From Eledone cirrhosa (lineage: Eukaryota), in NCBI GenBank assembly GCA_964016885.1, contig OZ024742.1, forward strand, positions 372,062,001 through 372,126,000: 64,000 nucleotides of DNA. The letters are read 5' to 3'. Under the pieces are notes generated by a model, which saw only the letters and a list, made by a program, of their open reading frames with translations, searched no databases and was not told the DNA's origin. Shown here piece by piece: positions 1-17,900 of the stretch; the first letter of the stretch is position 1; every line of letters starts with the position of its first letter. The translations under genes were made by a program, and so were the position numbers.

Positions 1-799
1 TACAGTAATATATATACACTAGAAATACAGTAATATATATACACTAGGAATACAGTAATATATATACACTAGGAATACAGTAATATATATACACTAGAAA
101 TACAGTAATGTATATACACTAGAAATACAGTAATATATACACTAGAAATACAGTAATATATATACACTAGGAATACAGTAATATATATACACTAGAAATA
201 CAGTAATGTATATACACTAGAAATACAGTAATATATACACTAGAAATACAGTAATATATATACACTAGAAATACAGTAATATATATACACTAGAGATACG
301 GTAATATATATACACTAGAAATACAGTAATATATATACACTAGAAATACAGTAATATATAGTCTAGGAATACAGTAATATATACACTAGAAATCCAGTAA
401 TATATATACACTAGAAATACAGTAATATATATACACTAGAGATACAGTAATATATACACTAGAAATACAGTAATATATATACACTAGAAATACAGTAATG
501 TATATACACTAGAAATACAGTAATATATATACACTAGAAATACAGTAATATATATACACTAGAAATACAGTAATATATATACACTAGAAATACAGTAATA
601 TATATACACTAGAGATACAGTAATATATATACACTAGAGATACAGTAATATACATACACTAGAGATACAGTAATATATATACACTAGGAATACAGAATAT
701 ATATACACTAGAAATACAGTAATATATATACACTAGAGATACAGTAATATATATACACTAGAGATACAGTAATATATACACTAGGAATACAGTAATATA

Positions 800-2950
800 T
801 ATACACTTGAAATACAGTAATATATATACACTAGAAATACAGTAATATATATACACTAGAAATACAGTAATATATATACACTAGAAATACAGTAATATAT
901 ATATACACTAGAAATACAGTAATATATATACACTAGAAATACAGTAATATATATATACTAGAAATACAGTAATATATATATACACTAGGAATACAGTAAT
1001 ATATATACACTAGAAATACAGTAATATATATACACTAGAAATACAGTAAAATATATATACTAGAAATACAGTAATATATATATACACTAGGAATACAGTA
1101 ATATATATACACTAGAAATACAGTAATATAGATACACTAGAAATACAGTAATATATATACACTAGAAATACAGTAATATATATACACTAGGAATACAGTA
1201 ATATATATACACTAGAAATACAGTAATATATATACACTAGAAATACAGTAATATATATATACTAGAAATACAGTAATATATATACACTAGGAATACAGTA
1301 ATATATATACACTAGAAATACAGTAATATATATACACTAGGAATACAGTAATATATATACACTAGAAATACAGTAATATATATACACTAGAAATACAGTA
1401 ATATATACACTAGAAATACAGTAATATATATACACTAGGAATACAGTAATATATATACACTAGAAATACAGTAATATATATACACTAGGAATACAGTAAT
1501 ATATATACACTAGAAATACAGTAATATATATACACTAGAAATACTGTAATATATACACTAGAAATACAGTAATATATATATACTAGAAATACAGTAATAT
1601 ATACACTAGGAATACAGAAATATATATACACTAGAAATACAGTAACATATATAGATGAGAAATACAGTAATATATATACACTAGAAATACAGTAATATAT
1701 ATACACTAGAAATACAGTCATATATATATACTAGAAATACAGTAATATATATACACTAGAAATACAGTAATATATATACACTAGGAATACAGTAATATAT
1801 ATACACTAGAAATACAGTAATATATATACACTAGAAATACAGTAATATATACACTAGATATACAGTAATATATACACTAGGAATACAGTAATATATAGAC
1901 ACTAGAAATACAGTAATATATACACTAGAAATACAGTAATATATATACACTAGAAATACAGTAATATATATACACTAGAAATACAGTAATATATATACAC
2001 TAGGAATAGAGTAATATATATACACTAGAAATACAGTAATATATATACACTAGAAATACAGTAATATATACACTAGATATACAGTAATATATACACTAGG
2101 AATACAGTAATATATAGACACTAGAAATACAGTAATATATATACACTAGAAATACAGTAATATATGTACACTAGAAATACAGTAATATATATACACTAGG
2201 AATACAGTAATATATATACACTAGAAATACAGTAATATATATACACTAGAAATACAGTAATATATATACTAGATATACAGTAATATATACACTAGGAATA
2301 CAGTAATATATAGACACTAGAAATACAGTAATATATATACACTAGGAATACAGTAATATATATACACTAGGAATACAGATATATATATACACTAGGAATA
2401 CAGTAATATATATACACTAGGAATACAGTAATATATATACACTAGAAATACAGTAATATATATACACTAGGAATACAGTAATATATATACACTAGAAATA
2501 CAGTAAGATATATACACTAGAAATACGGTAAATATATACACCAGAAATACAGTAATATATATACATTAGGAATACAGATATATATATACACTAGGAATAC
2601 AGTAATATATATACACTAGAAATACAGTAATATATATACACGAGAAATACAGTAATATATACACTAGAAATACAGTAATATATATACACTAGGAATACAG
2701 TAATATATATACACTAGAAATACAGTAATATATATACACGAGAAATACAGTAATATATACACTTGAAATACAGTAATATATATACACTAGGAATACAGTA
2801 ATATATACACTAGAAATACAGTAATATATATACACTAGAGATACAGTAATATATATACACTAGAAATACAGTAATATATACACTAGAAATACAGTAGTAT
2901 ATACACTAGAAATACAGTAATATATACACTAGAAATACAGTAATATATAT
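800..2950. repeat. Higher-order segment, copy 1 of a ~2.1 kb block repeated about 7.5 kb downstream
   Basis: The ORF track gives identical translations at 1485..1721 and 9021..9257 (offset 7536). Rare variants occur in the same order in both: TATAGATACAC, ATACTGTAA, CAGAAATAT, AACATATATAGATGAG, GTCATA, TATGTACAC, CGGTAAAT, GTAGTAT. Confidence 0.85.
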
Positions 2951-3779
2951 ATACTAGAAATACAGTAATATATATATACTAGAAATACAGTAATATATAT
3001 ACACTAGAAATACAGTAATATATATACACTAGAAATACAGTAATATATATACACTAGGAATACAGTAATATATACACTAGGAATACAGTAATATATATAC
3101 ACTAGGAATACAGTATTATATATACACTAGAAATACAGTAATATATATACACTAGAAATACAGTAATATATATATACTAGAAATACAGTAATATATATAC
3201 ACTAGGAATACAGTAATATATATGCACTAGAAATACAGTAACATATACACTAGAAATACAGTAATATATATACACTAGGAATACAGTAATATATATACAC
3301 TAGAAATACAGTAATATATATACACTAGAAATGCAGTAATATATACACTAGAAATACAGTATTATATATACACTAGAAATACAGTAATATATATACACTA
3401 GAAATACAGTAATATATATATACTAAAAATACAGTAATATATATACACTAGAAATACCGTAATATATATACACTAGAAATACAGTAATATATATACACTA
3501 GAAATACAGTAATATATATACACTAGGAATACAGTAATATATACACTAGGAATACAGTAATATATATACACTAGGAATACAGTATTATATATACACTAGA
3601 AATACAGTAATATATATACACTAGAAATACAGTAATATATATATACTAGAAATACAGTAATATATATACACTAGGAATACAGTAATATATATACACTAGA
3701 AATACAGTAATATATACACTAGAAATACAGTAATATATATACACTAGGAATACAGTAATATATATACACTAGAAATACA

Positions 3780-6700
3780 GTAATATATATACACTAGAAA
3801 TGCAGTAATATATACACTAGAAATACAGTAATATATACACTAGAAAAACAGTAATATATATACACTAGAAATACAGTAATATATACATTAGTAATACAGT
3901 AATATATATACACTAGAAATGCAGTAATATATATATACACTAGAAATACAGTAATATATATATACACTAGAAATACAGTAATATATATACACTAGAAATA
4001 CAGTAATATATATACACTAGGAATACAGTAATATATATACACTAGAAATACAGTAATATATATACACTAGAAATACAGTAATATATACACTAGAAATACA
4101 GTAATATATATACACTAGAAATACAGTAATATATACACTAGGAATACAGTAATATATATACACTAGAAATACAGTAATATATATAGATGAGAAATACAGT
4201 AATATATATACACTAGAAATACAGTAATATATACACTAGAAATACAGTAATATATATACACTAGAAATACAGTAAGATATATACACTAGAAATACAGTAA
4301 TATATATACACTAGAAATACAGTAATATATACACTAGGAATACAGTAATATATATACACTAGAAATACAGTAATATATATACACTAGGAATACAGTAATA
4401 TATATACACTAGGAATACAGTAATATATACACTAGAAATACAGTAATATATATACACTAGAAATACAGTAATATATATACACTAGAAATACAGTAATATA
4501 TACACTAGGAATACAGTAATATATATACACTAGGAATACAGTAATATATACACTAGATATACAGTAATATATACATTAGGAATACAGTAATATATATACA
4601 CTAGAAATACGGTAATATATATACACTAGGAATACAGTAATATATATACACTAGGAATACAGTAATATATATACACTAGAAATACAGTAATATATATACA
4701 CTAGAAATACAGTAATATATATACACTAGAAATACAGTAATATATACACTAGGAATACAGTAATATATATACACTAGGAATACAGTAATATATACACTAG
4801 ATATACAGTAATATATACACTAGGAATACAGTAATATATATACACCAGAAATACAGTAATATATATACACTAGGAATACAGATATATATATATACTAGGA
4901 ATACAGTAATATATATACACTAGAAATACAGTAATATATATACACGAGAAATACAGTAATATATACACTAGAAATACAGTAATATATATACACTAGGAAT
5001 ACAGTAATATATACACTAGAAGTACAGTAATATATATACACTAGAGATACAGTAATATATATACACTAGAAATACAGTAATATATACACTAGAAATACAG
5101 TAATATATACACTAGAAATACAGTAATATATACACTAGAAATACAGTAATATATATACACTTAAAATACAGTAATATATATACACTAGAAATACAGTAAT
5201 ATATATACACTAGAATACAGTAATATATACACTAGAAATACAGTAACATATATACACTAGAAATACAGTAATATATATACACTAGAAATACAGTAATATA
5301 TATACACTAGAAATACAGTCATATATATATACTAGAAATACAGTAATATATATACACTAGAAATACAGTAATATATATACACTAGGAATACAGTAATATA
5401 TATACACTAGGAATACAGTAATATATATACACTAGAAATACAGTAAGATATATACACTAGAAATACGGTAAATATATACACCAGAAATACAGTAATATAT
5501 ATACATTAGGAATACAGATATATATATACACTAGGAATACAGTAATATATATACACTAGAAATACAGTAATATATACACTAGGAATACAGTAATATATAT
5601 ACACTAGGAATACAGTAATATATACACTAGATATACAGTAATATATACATTAGGAATACAGTAATATATATACACTAGAAATACAGTAATATATATACAC
5701 TAGGAATACAGTAATATATATACACTAGGAATACAGTAATATATATACACTAGAAATACAGTAATATATATACACTAGAAATACAGTAATATATATACAC
5801 TAGAAATACAGTAATATATACACTAGGAATACAGTAATATATATACACTAGGAATACAGTAATATATACACTAGATATACAGTAATATATACATTAGGAA
5901 TACAGTAATATATATACACTAGAAATACAGTAATATATATACACTAGGAATACAGTAATATATATACACTAGGAATACAGTAATATATATACACGAGAAA
6001 TACAGTAATATATCCACTAGAAATACAGTAATATATATACACTAGGAATACAGTAATATATATACACTAGAAATACAGTAATATATATACACTAGGAATA
6101 CAGTAATATATACACTAGGAATACAGTAATATATATACACTAGGAATACAGTATTATATATACACTAGAAATACAGTAATATATATACACTAGAAATACA
6201 GTAATATATATATACTAGAAATACAGTAATATATATACACTAGGAATACAGTAATATATATACACTAGAAATACAGTAATATATACACTAGAAATACAGT
6301 AATATATATACACTAGGAATACAGTAATATATATACACTAGAAATACAGTAATATATATACACTAGAAATGCAGTAATATATACACTAGAAATACAGTAA
6401 TATATACACTAGAAAAACAGTAATATATATACACTAGAAATACAGTAATATATACATTAGTAATACAGTAATATATATACACTAGAAATACAGTAATATA
6501 TATATACACTAGAAATACAGTAATATATATATACACTAGAAATACAGTAATATATATACACTAGAAATACAGTAATATATATACACTAGGAATACAGTAA
6601 TATATATACACTAGAAATACAGTAATATATATACACTAGAAATACAGTAATATATACACTAGAAATACAGTAATATATATACACTAGAAATACAGTAATA

Positions 6701-9700
6701 TATACACTAGGAATACAGTAATATATATACACTAGAAATACAGTAATATATATAGATGAGAAATACAGTAATATATATACACTAGAAATACAGTAATATA
6801 TACACTAGAAATACAGTAATATATATACACTAGAAATACAGTAAGATATATACACTAGAAATACAGTAATATATATTACACTAGAAATACAGTAATATAT
6901 ACACTAGGAATACAGTAATATATATACACTAGAAATACAGTAATATATATACACTAGGATACAGTAATATATATACACTAGGAATACAGTAATATATATA
7001 CACTAGAAATACAGTAATATATATACACTAGAAATACAGTAATATATATACACTAGAAATACAGTAATATATACACTAGGAATACAGTAATATATATACA
7101 CTAGAAATACAGTAATATATATACACTAGAAATACAGTAATATATACACTAGGAATACAGTAATATATATACACTAGGAATACAGTAATATATACACTAG
7201 ATATACAGTAATATATACACTAGGAATACAGTAATATATATACACCAGAAATACAGTAATATATATACACTAGGAATACAGATATATATATATACTAGGA
7301 ATACAGTAATATATATACACTAGAAATACAGTAATATATATACACGAGAAATACAGTAATATATACACTAGAAATACAGTAATATATATACACTAGGAAT
7401 ACAGTAATATATACACTAGAAGTACAGTAATATATATACACTAGAGATACAGTAATATATATACACTAGAAATACAGTAATATATACACTAGAAATACAG
7501 TAATATATACACTAGAAATACAGTAATATATACACTAGAAATACAGTAATATATATACACTTAAAATACAGTAATATATATACACTAGAAATACAGTAAT
7601 ATATATACACTAGAAATACAGTAATATATACACTAGAAATACAGTAACATATATACACTAGAAATACAGTAATATATATACACTAGAAATACAGTAATAT
7701 ATATACACTAGAAATACAGTCATATATATATACTAGAAATACAGTAATATATATACACTAGAAATACAGTAATATATATACACTAGGAATACAGTAATAT
7801 ATATACACTAGGAATACAGTAATATATATACACTAGAAATACAGTAAGATATATACACTAGAAATACGGTAAATATATACACCAGAAATACAGTAATATA
7901 TATACATTAGGAATACAGATATATATATACACTAGGAATACAGTAATATATATACACTAGAAATACAGTAATATATATACACGAGAAATACAGTAATATA
8001 TACACTAGAAATACAGTAATATATATACACTAGGAATACAGTAATATATATACACTAGAAATACAGTAATATATATACACGAGAAATACAGTAATATATA
8101 CACTAGAAATACAGTAATATATATACACTAGGAATACAGAAATATATACACTAGAAATACAGTAATATATATACACTAGAGATACAGTAATATATATACA
8201 CTAGAAATACAGTAATATATACACTAGAAATACAGTAATATATACACTAGAAATACAGTAATATATACACTAGAAATACGGTAATATATATACACTTGAA
8301 ATACAGTAATATATATACACTAGAAATACAGTAATATATATACACTAGAAATACAGTAATATATATACACTAGAAATACAGTAATATATATATATACACT
8401 AGAAAAACAGTAATATATATACACTAGAAATACAGTAATATATATATACTAGAAATACAGTAATATATATATACACTAGGAATACAGTAATATATATACA
8501 CTAGAAATACAGTAATATATATACACTAGAAATACAGTAATATATATATACTAGAAATACAGTAATATATATATACACTAGGAATACAGTAATATATATA
8601 CACTAGAAATACAGTAATATAGATACACTAGAAATACAGTAATATATATACACTAGAAATACAGTAATATATATACACTAGGAATACAGTAATATATATA
8701 CACTAGAAATACAGTAATATATATACACTAGAAATACAGTAATATATACACTAGAAATACAGTAATATATATACACTAGAAATACAGTCATATATATATA
8801 CTAGAAATACAGTAATATATATACACTAGAAATACAGTAATATATATACACTAGAAATACAGTAATATATATACACTAGAATACAGTAATATATACACTA
8901 GGAATACAGTAATATATATACACTAGAAATACAGTAATATATACACTAGAAATACAGTAATATATATACACTAGGAATACAGTAATATATATACACTAGA
9001 AATACAGTAATATATATACACTAGGAATACAGTAATATATATACACTAGAAATACAGTAATATATATACACTAGAAATACTGTAATATATACACTAGAAA
9101 TACAGTAATATATATATACTAGAAATACAGTAATATATACACTAGGAATACAGAAATATATATACACTAGAAATACAGTAACATATATAGATGAGAAATA
9201 CAGTAATATATATACACTAGAAATACAGTAATATATATACACTAGAAATACAGTCATATATATATACTAGAAATACAGTAATATATATACACTAGAAATA
9301 CAGTAATATATATACACTAGGAATACAGTAATATATATACACTAGAAATACAGTAATATATATACACTAGAAATACAGTAATATATACACTAGATATACA
9401 GTAATATATACACTAGGAATACAGTAATATATAGACACTAGAAATACAGTAATATATACACTAGAAATACAGTAATATATATACACTAGAAATACAGTAA
9501 TATATATACACTAGAAATACAGTAATATATATACACTAGGAATACAGTAATATATATACACTAGAAATACAGTAATATATATACACTAGAAATACAGTAA
9601 TATATACACTAGATATACAGTAATATATACATTAGGAATACAGTAATATATAGACACTAGAAATACAGTAATATATATACACTAGAAATACAGTAATATA

Positions 9701-12700
9701 TGTACACTAGAAATACAGTAATATATATACACTAGGAATACAGTAATATATATACACTAGAAATACAGTAATATATATACACTAGAAATACAGTAATATA
9801 TACACTAGATATACAGTAATATATACACTAGGAATACAGTAATATATAGACACTAGAAATACAGTAATATATATACACTAGGAATACAGTAATATATATA
9901 CACTAGGAATACAGATATATATATACACTAGGAATACAGTAATATATATACACTAGGAATACAGTAATATATATACACTAGAAATACAGTAATATATATA
10001 CACTAGGAATACAGTAATATATATACACTAGAAATACAGTAAGATATATACACTAGAAATACGGTAAATATATACACCAGAAATACAGTAATATATATAC
10101 ATTAGGAATACAGATATATATACACTAGGAATACAGTAATATATATACACTAGAAATACAGTAATATATATACACGAGAAATACAGTAATATATACACTA
10201 GAAATACAGTAATATATATACACTAGGAATACAGTAATATATATACACTAGAAATACAGTAATATATATACACGAGAAATACAGTAATATATACACTTGA
10301 AATACAGTAATATATATACACTAGGAATACAGTAATATATACACTAGAAATACAGTAATATATATACACTAGAGATACAGTAATATATACACTAGAAATA
10401 CAGTAATATATACACTAGAAATACAGTAGTATATACACTAGAAATACAGTAATATATACACTAGAAATACAGTAATATATATACACTTGAAATACAGTAA
10501 TATATATACACTAGAAATACAGTAATATATATACACTAGAAATACAGTAATATATATACACTAGAAATACAGTAATATATATACACTAGAAATACAGTAA
10601 TATATATACACGAGGAATACAGTAATATATATACACTAGAAATACAGTAATATATATACACTAGAAATACAGTAATATATACACTAGATATACAGTAATA
10701 TATACACTAGGAATACAGTAATATATAGACACTAGAAATACAGTAATATATATACACTAGAAATACAGTAATATATGTACACTAGAAATACAGTAATATA
10801 TATACACTAGGAATACAGTAATATATATACACTAGAAATACATTAATATATATACACTAGAAATACAGTAATATATACACTAGATATACAGTAATATATA
10901 CACTAGGAATACAGTAATATATAGACACTAGAAATACAGTAATATATATACACTAGGAATACAGTAATATATATACACTAGGAATACAGATATATATATA
11001 TACACTAGGAATACAGTAATATATATACACTAGGAATACAGTAATATATATACACTAGAAATACAGTAAGATATATACACTAGAAATACGGTAAATATAT
11101 ACACCAGAAATACAGTAATATATATACATTAGGAATACAGATATATATATACACTAGGAATACAGTAATATATATACACTAGAAATACAGTAATATATAT
11201 ACACGAGAAATACAGTAATATATACACTAGAAATACAGTAATATATATACACTAGGAATACAGTAATATATATACACTAGAAATACAGTAATATATATAC
11301 ACGAGAAATACAGTAATATATACACTTGAAATACAGTAATATATATACACTAGGAATACAGTAATATATACACTAGAAATACAGTAATATATATACACTA
11401 GAGATACAGTAATATATATACACTAGAAATACAGTAATATATACACTAGAAATACAGTAGTATATACACTAGAAATACAGTAATATATACACTAGAAATA
11501 CAGTAATATATATACACTTGAAATACAGTAATATATATACACTAGAAATACAGTAATATATATACACTAGAAATACAGTAATATATATACACTAGAAATA
11601 CAGTAATATATATACACTAGGAATACAGTAATATATACACTAGGAATACAGTAATATATATACACTAGAAATACAGTAATATATATACACTAGAAATACA
11701 GTAATATATACACTAGAAATACAGTAACATATACACTAGAAATACAGTAATATATATACACTAGGAATACAGTAATATATATACACTAGAAATACAGTAA
11801 TATATATACACTAGAAATGCAGTAATATATACACTAGAAATACAGTATTATATATACACTAGAAATACAGTAATATATATACACTAGAAATACAGTAATA
11901 TATATATACTAAAAATACAGTAATATATATACACTAGAAATACAGTAATATATATACACTAGAAATACAGTAATATATATACACTAGAAATACAGTAATA
12001 TATATACACTAGGAATACAGTAATATATACACTAGGAATACAGTAATATATATACACTAGGAATACAGTATTATATATACACTAGAAATACAGTAATATA
12101 TATACACTAGAAATACAGTAATATATATATACTAGAAATACAGTAATATATATACACTAGGAATACAGTAATATATATACACTAGAAATACAGTAATATA
12201 TACACTAGAAATACAGTAATATATATACACTAGGAATACAGTAATATATATACACTAGAAATACAGTAATATATATACACTAGAAATGCAGTAATATATA
12301 CACTAGAAATACAGTAATATATACACTAGAAAAACAGTAATATATATACACTAGAAATACAGTAATATATACATTAGAAATACAGTAATATATATACACT
12401 AGAAATACAGTAATATATATATACACTAGAAATACAGTAATATATATATACACTAGAAATACAGTAATATATATACACTAGAAATACAGTAATATATATA
12501 CACTAGGAATACAGTAATATATATACACTAGAAATACAGTAATATATATACACTAGAAATACAGTAATATATACACTAGAAATACAGTAATATATATACA
12601 CTAGAAATACAGTAATATATACACTAGGAATACAGTAATATATATACACTAGAAATACAGTAATATATATAGATGAGAAATACAGTAATATATATACACT

Positions 12701-15700
12701 AGAAATACAGTAATATATACACTAGAAATACAGTAATATATATACACTAGAAATACAGTAAGATATATACACTAGAAATACAGTAATATATATACACTAG
12801 AAATACAGTAATATATACACTAGGAATACAGTAATATATATACACTAGAAATACAGTAATATATATACACTAGGAATACAGTAATATATATACACTAGGA
12901 ATACAGTAATATATATACACTAGAAATACAGTAATATATATACACTAGAAATACAGTAATATATATACACTAGAAATACAGTAATATATACACTAGGAAT
13001 ACAGTAATATATATACACTAGGAATACAGTAATATATACACTAGATATACAGTAATATATACATTAGGAATACAGTAATATATATACACTAGAAATACAG
13101 TAATATATATACACTAGGAATACAGTAATATATATACACTAGGAATACAGTAATATATATACACTAGAAATACAGTAATATATATACACTAGAAATACAG
13201 TAATATATATACACTAGAAATACAGTAATATATACACTAGGAATACAGTAATATATATACACTAGGAATACAGTAATATATACACTAGATATACAGTAAT
13301 ATATACACTAGGAATACAGTAATATATATACACCAGAAATACAGTAATATATATACACTAGGAATACAGATATATATATATACTAGGAATACAGTAATAT
13401 ATATACACTAGAAATACAGTAATATATATACACGAGAAATACAGTAATATATACACTAGAAATACAGTAATATATATACACTAGAGATACAGTAATATAT
13501 ATACACTAGAAATACAGTAATATATACACTAGAAATACAGTAATATATACACTAGAAATACAGTAATATATACACTAGAAATACAGTAATATATATACAC
13601 ATAAAATACAGTAATATATATACACTAGAAATACAGTAATATATATACACTAGAAATACAGTAATATATACACTAGAAATACAGTAACATATATACACTA
13701 GAAATACAGTAATATATATACACTAGAAATACAGTAATATATATACACTAGAAATACAGTCATATATATATACTAGAAATACAGTAATATATATACACTA
13801 GAAATACAGTAATATATATACACTAGGAATACAGTAATATATATACACTAGGAATACAGTAATATATATACACTAGAAATACAGTAAGATATATACACTA
13901 GAAATACGGTAAATATATACACCAGAAATACAGTAATATATATACATTAGGAATACAGATATATATATACACTAGGAATACAGTAATATATATACACTAG
14001 AAATACAGTAATATATATACACGAGAAATACAGTAATATATACACTAGAAATACAGTAATATATATACACTAGAAATACAGTAATATATATACACTAGAA
14101 ATACAGTAATATATATACACTAGAAATACAGTAATATATATACACTAGGAATACAGTAATATATATACACTAGAAATACAGTAATATATATACACTAGAA
14201 ATACAGTAATATATACACTAGATATACAGTAATATATACACTAGGAATACAGTAATATATAGACACTAGAAATATAGTAATATATATACACTAGAAATAC
14301 AGTAATATATGTACACTAGAAATACAGTAATATATATACACTAGGAATACAGTAATATATATACACTAGAAATACATTAATATATATACACTAGAAATAC
14401 AGTAATATATACACTAGATATACAGTAATATATACACTAGGAATACAGTAATATATAGACACTAGAAATACAGTAATATATATACACTAGGAATACAGTA
14501 ATATATATACACTAGGAATACAGATATATATATATACACTAGGAATACAGTAATATATATACACTAGGAATACAGTAAGATATATACACTAGAAATACGG
14601 TAAATATATACACCAGAAATACAGTAATATATATACATTAGGAATACAGATATATATATACACTAGGAATACAGTAATATATATACACTAGAAATACAGT
14701 AATATATATACACGAGAAATACAGTAATATATACACTAGAAATACAGTAATATATATACACTAGGAATACAGTAATATATATACACTAGAAATACAGTAA
14801 TATATATACATGAGAAATACAGTAATATATACACTTGAAATACAGTAATATATATACACTAGGAATACAGTAATATATACACTAGAAATACAGTAATATA
14901 TATACACTAGAGATACAGTAATATATATACACTAGAAATACAGTAATATATACACTAGAAATACAGTAGTATATACACTAGAAATACAGTAATATATACA
15001 CTAGAAATACAGTAATATATATACACTTGAAATACAGTAATATATATACACTAGAAATACAGTAATATATATACACTAGAAATACAGTAATATATATACA
15101 CTAGAAATACAGTAATATATATACACTAGGAATACAGTAATATATACACTAGGAATACAGTAATATATATACACTAGGAATACAGTATTATATATACACT
15201 AGAAATACAGTAATATATATACACTAGAAATACAGTAATATATATATACTAGAAATACAGTAATATATATACACTAGAAATACAGTAATATATATACACT
15301 AGAAATACAGTAATATATATACACTAGAAATACAGTAATATATATACACTAGGAATACAGTAATATATACACTAGGAATACAGTAATATATATACACTAG
15401 GAATACAGTATTATATATACACTAGAAATACAGTAATATATATACACTAGAAATACAGTAATATATATATACTAGAAATACAGTAATATATATACACTAG
15501 GAATACAGTAATATATATGCACTAGAAATACAGTAACATATACACTAGAAATACAGTAATATATATACACTAGGAATACAGTAATATATATACACTAGAA
15601 ATACAGTAACATATATACACTAGAAATGCAGTAATATATACACTAGAAATACAGTATTATATATACACTAGAAATACAGTAATATATATACACTAGAAAT

Positions 15701-17900
15701 ACAGTAATATATATATACTAAAAATACAGTAATATATATACACTAGAAATACAGTAATATATATATACACTAGAAATACAGTAATATCTATACACTAGAA
15801 ATACAGTAATATATATACACTAGGAATACAGTAATATATACACTAGGAATACAGTAATATATATACACTAGGAATACAGTATTATATATACACTAGAAAT
15901 ACAGTAATATATATACACTAGAAATACAGTAATATATATATACTAGAAATACAGTAATATATATACACTAGGAATACAGTAATATATATACACTAGAAAT
16001 ACAGTAATATATACACTAGAAATACAGTAATATATATACACTAGGAATACAGTAGTATATATACACTAGAAATACAGTAATATATATACACTAGAAATGC
16101 AGTAATATATACACTAGAAATACAGTAATATATACACTAGAAAAACAGTAATATATATACACTAGAAATACAGTAATATATACATTAGAAATACAGTAAT
16201 ATATATACACTAGAAATACAGTAATATATATATACACTAGAAATACAGTAATATATATATACACTAGAAATACAGTAATATATATACACTAGAAATACAG
16301 TAATATATATACACTAGGAATACAGTAATATATATACACTAGAAATACAGTAATATATATACACTAGAAATACAGTAATATATACACTAGAAATACAGTA
16401 ATATATATACACTAGAAATACAGTAATATATACACTAGGAATACAGTAATATATATACACTAGAAATACAGTAATATATATAGATGAGAAATACAGTAAT
16501 ATATATACACTAGAAATACAGTAATATATACACTAGAAATACAGTAATATATATACACTAGAAATACAGTAAGATATATACACTAGAAATACAGTAATAT
16601 ATATACACTAGAAATACAGTAATATATACACTAGGAATACAGTAATATATATACACTAGAAATACAGTAATATATATACACTAGGAATACAGTAATATAT
16701 ATACACTAGGAATACAGTAATATATATACACTAGAAATACAGTAATATATATACACTAGAAATACAGTAATATATATACACTAGAAATACAGTAATATAT
16801 ACACTAGGAATACAGTAATATATATACACTAGGAATACAGTAATATATACACTAGATATACAGTAATATATACATTAGGAATACAGTAATATATATACAC
16901 TAGAAATACAGTAATATATATACACTAGGAATACAGTAATATATATACACTAGGAATACAGTAATATATATACACTAGAAATACAGTAATATATATACAC
17001 TAGAAATACAGTAATATATATACACTAGAAATACAGTAATATATACACTAGGAATACAGTAATATATATACACTAGGAATACAGTAATATATACACTAGA
17101 TATACAGTAATATATACACTAGGAATACAGTAATATATATACACCAGAAATACAGTAATATATATACACTAGGAATACAGATATATATATATACTAGGAA
17201 TACAGTAATATATATACACTAGAAATACAGTAATATATATACACGAGAAATACAGTAATATATACACTAGAAATACAGTAATATATATACACTAGGAATA
17301 CAGTAATATATACACTAGAAGTACAGTAATATATATACACTAGAGATACAGTAATATATATACACTAGAAATACAGTAATATATACACTAGAAATACAGT
17401 AATATATACACTAGAAATACAGTAATATATACACTAGAAATACAGTAATATATATACACATAAAATACAGTAATATATATACACTAGAAATACAGTAATA
17501 TATATACACTAGAAATACAGTAATATATACACTAGAAATACAGTAACATATATACACTAGAAATACAGTAATATATATACACTAGAAATACAGTAATATA
17601 TATACACTAGAAATACAGTCATATATATATACTAGAAATACAGTAATATATATACACTAGAAATACAGTAATATATATACACTAGGAATACAGTAATATA
17701 TATACACTAGGAATACAGTAATATATATACACTAGAAATACAGTAAGATATATACACTAGAAATACGGTAAATATATACACCAGAAATACAGTAATATAT
17801 ATACATTAGGAATACAGATATATATATACACTAGGAATACAGTAATATATATACACTAGAAATACAGTAATATATATACACGAGAAATACAGTAATATAT
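3780..17900. repeat. Four copies of a ~1.6-1.8 kb higher-order module (~3.8-5.55, ~6.37-7.95, ~12.29-14.0, ~16.1-17.85 kb)
   Basis: Each copy carries the ordered markers ATGCAG, AGAAAAACAG (3842, 6411, 12328, 16139), GATGAG, TAAGAT, CACCAG, CAGATAT, CAC(T/A)TAAAA (5158, 7558, 13598, 17457), TAACAT, GTCATA, CGGTAAAT. The lines starting 4801 and 7201 are identical (offset 2400). Confidence 0.85.
8290..10480. repeat. Higher-order segment, copy 2 of the 800-2950 block
   Basis: Same ordered markers as 800-2950, e.g. GTAGTAT at ~2894 versus ~10426, plus the identical ORF-track translation at 9021..9257. Confidence 0.85.

Noticed and set aside
5205-8890. Isolated 1-bp indel monomers (TAGAATACAG ~5211, ATATATTACAC ~6871, CTAGGATACAG ~6954, CTAGAATACAG ~8876)
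   Set aside because: They are absent from sister copies where I could compare (e.g. 5211 versus 7611) and sit in short homopolymers. They are plausibly residual long-read errors and are not interpreted.
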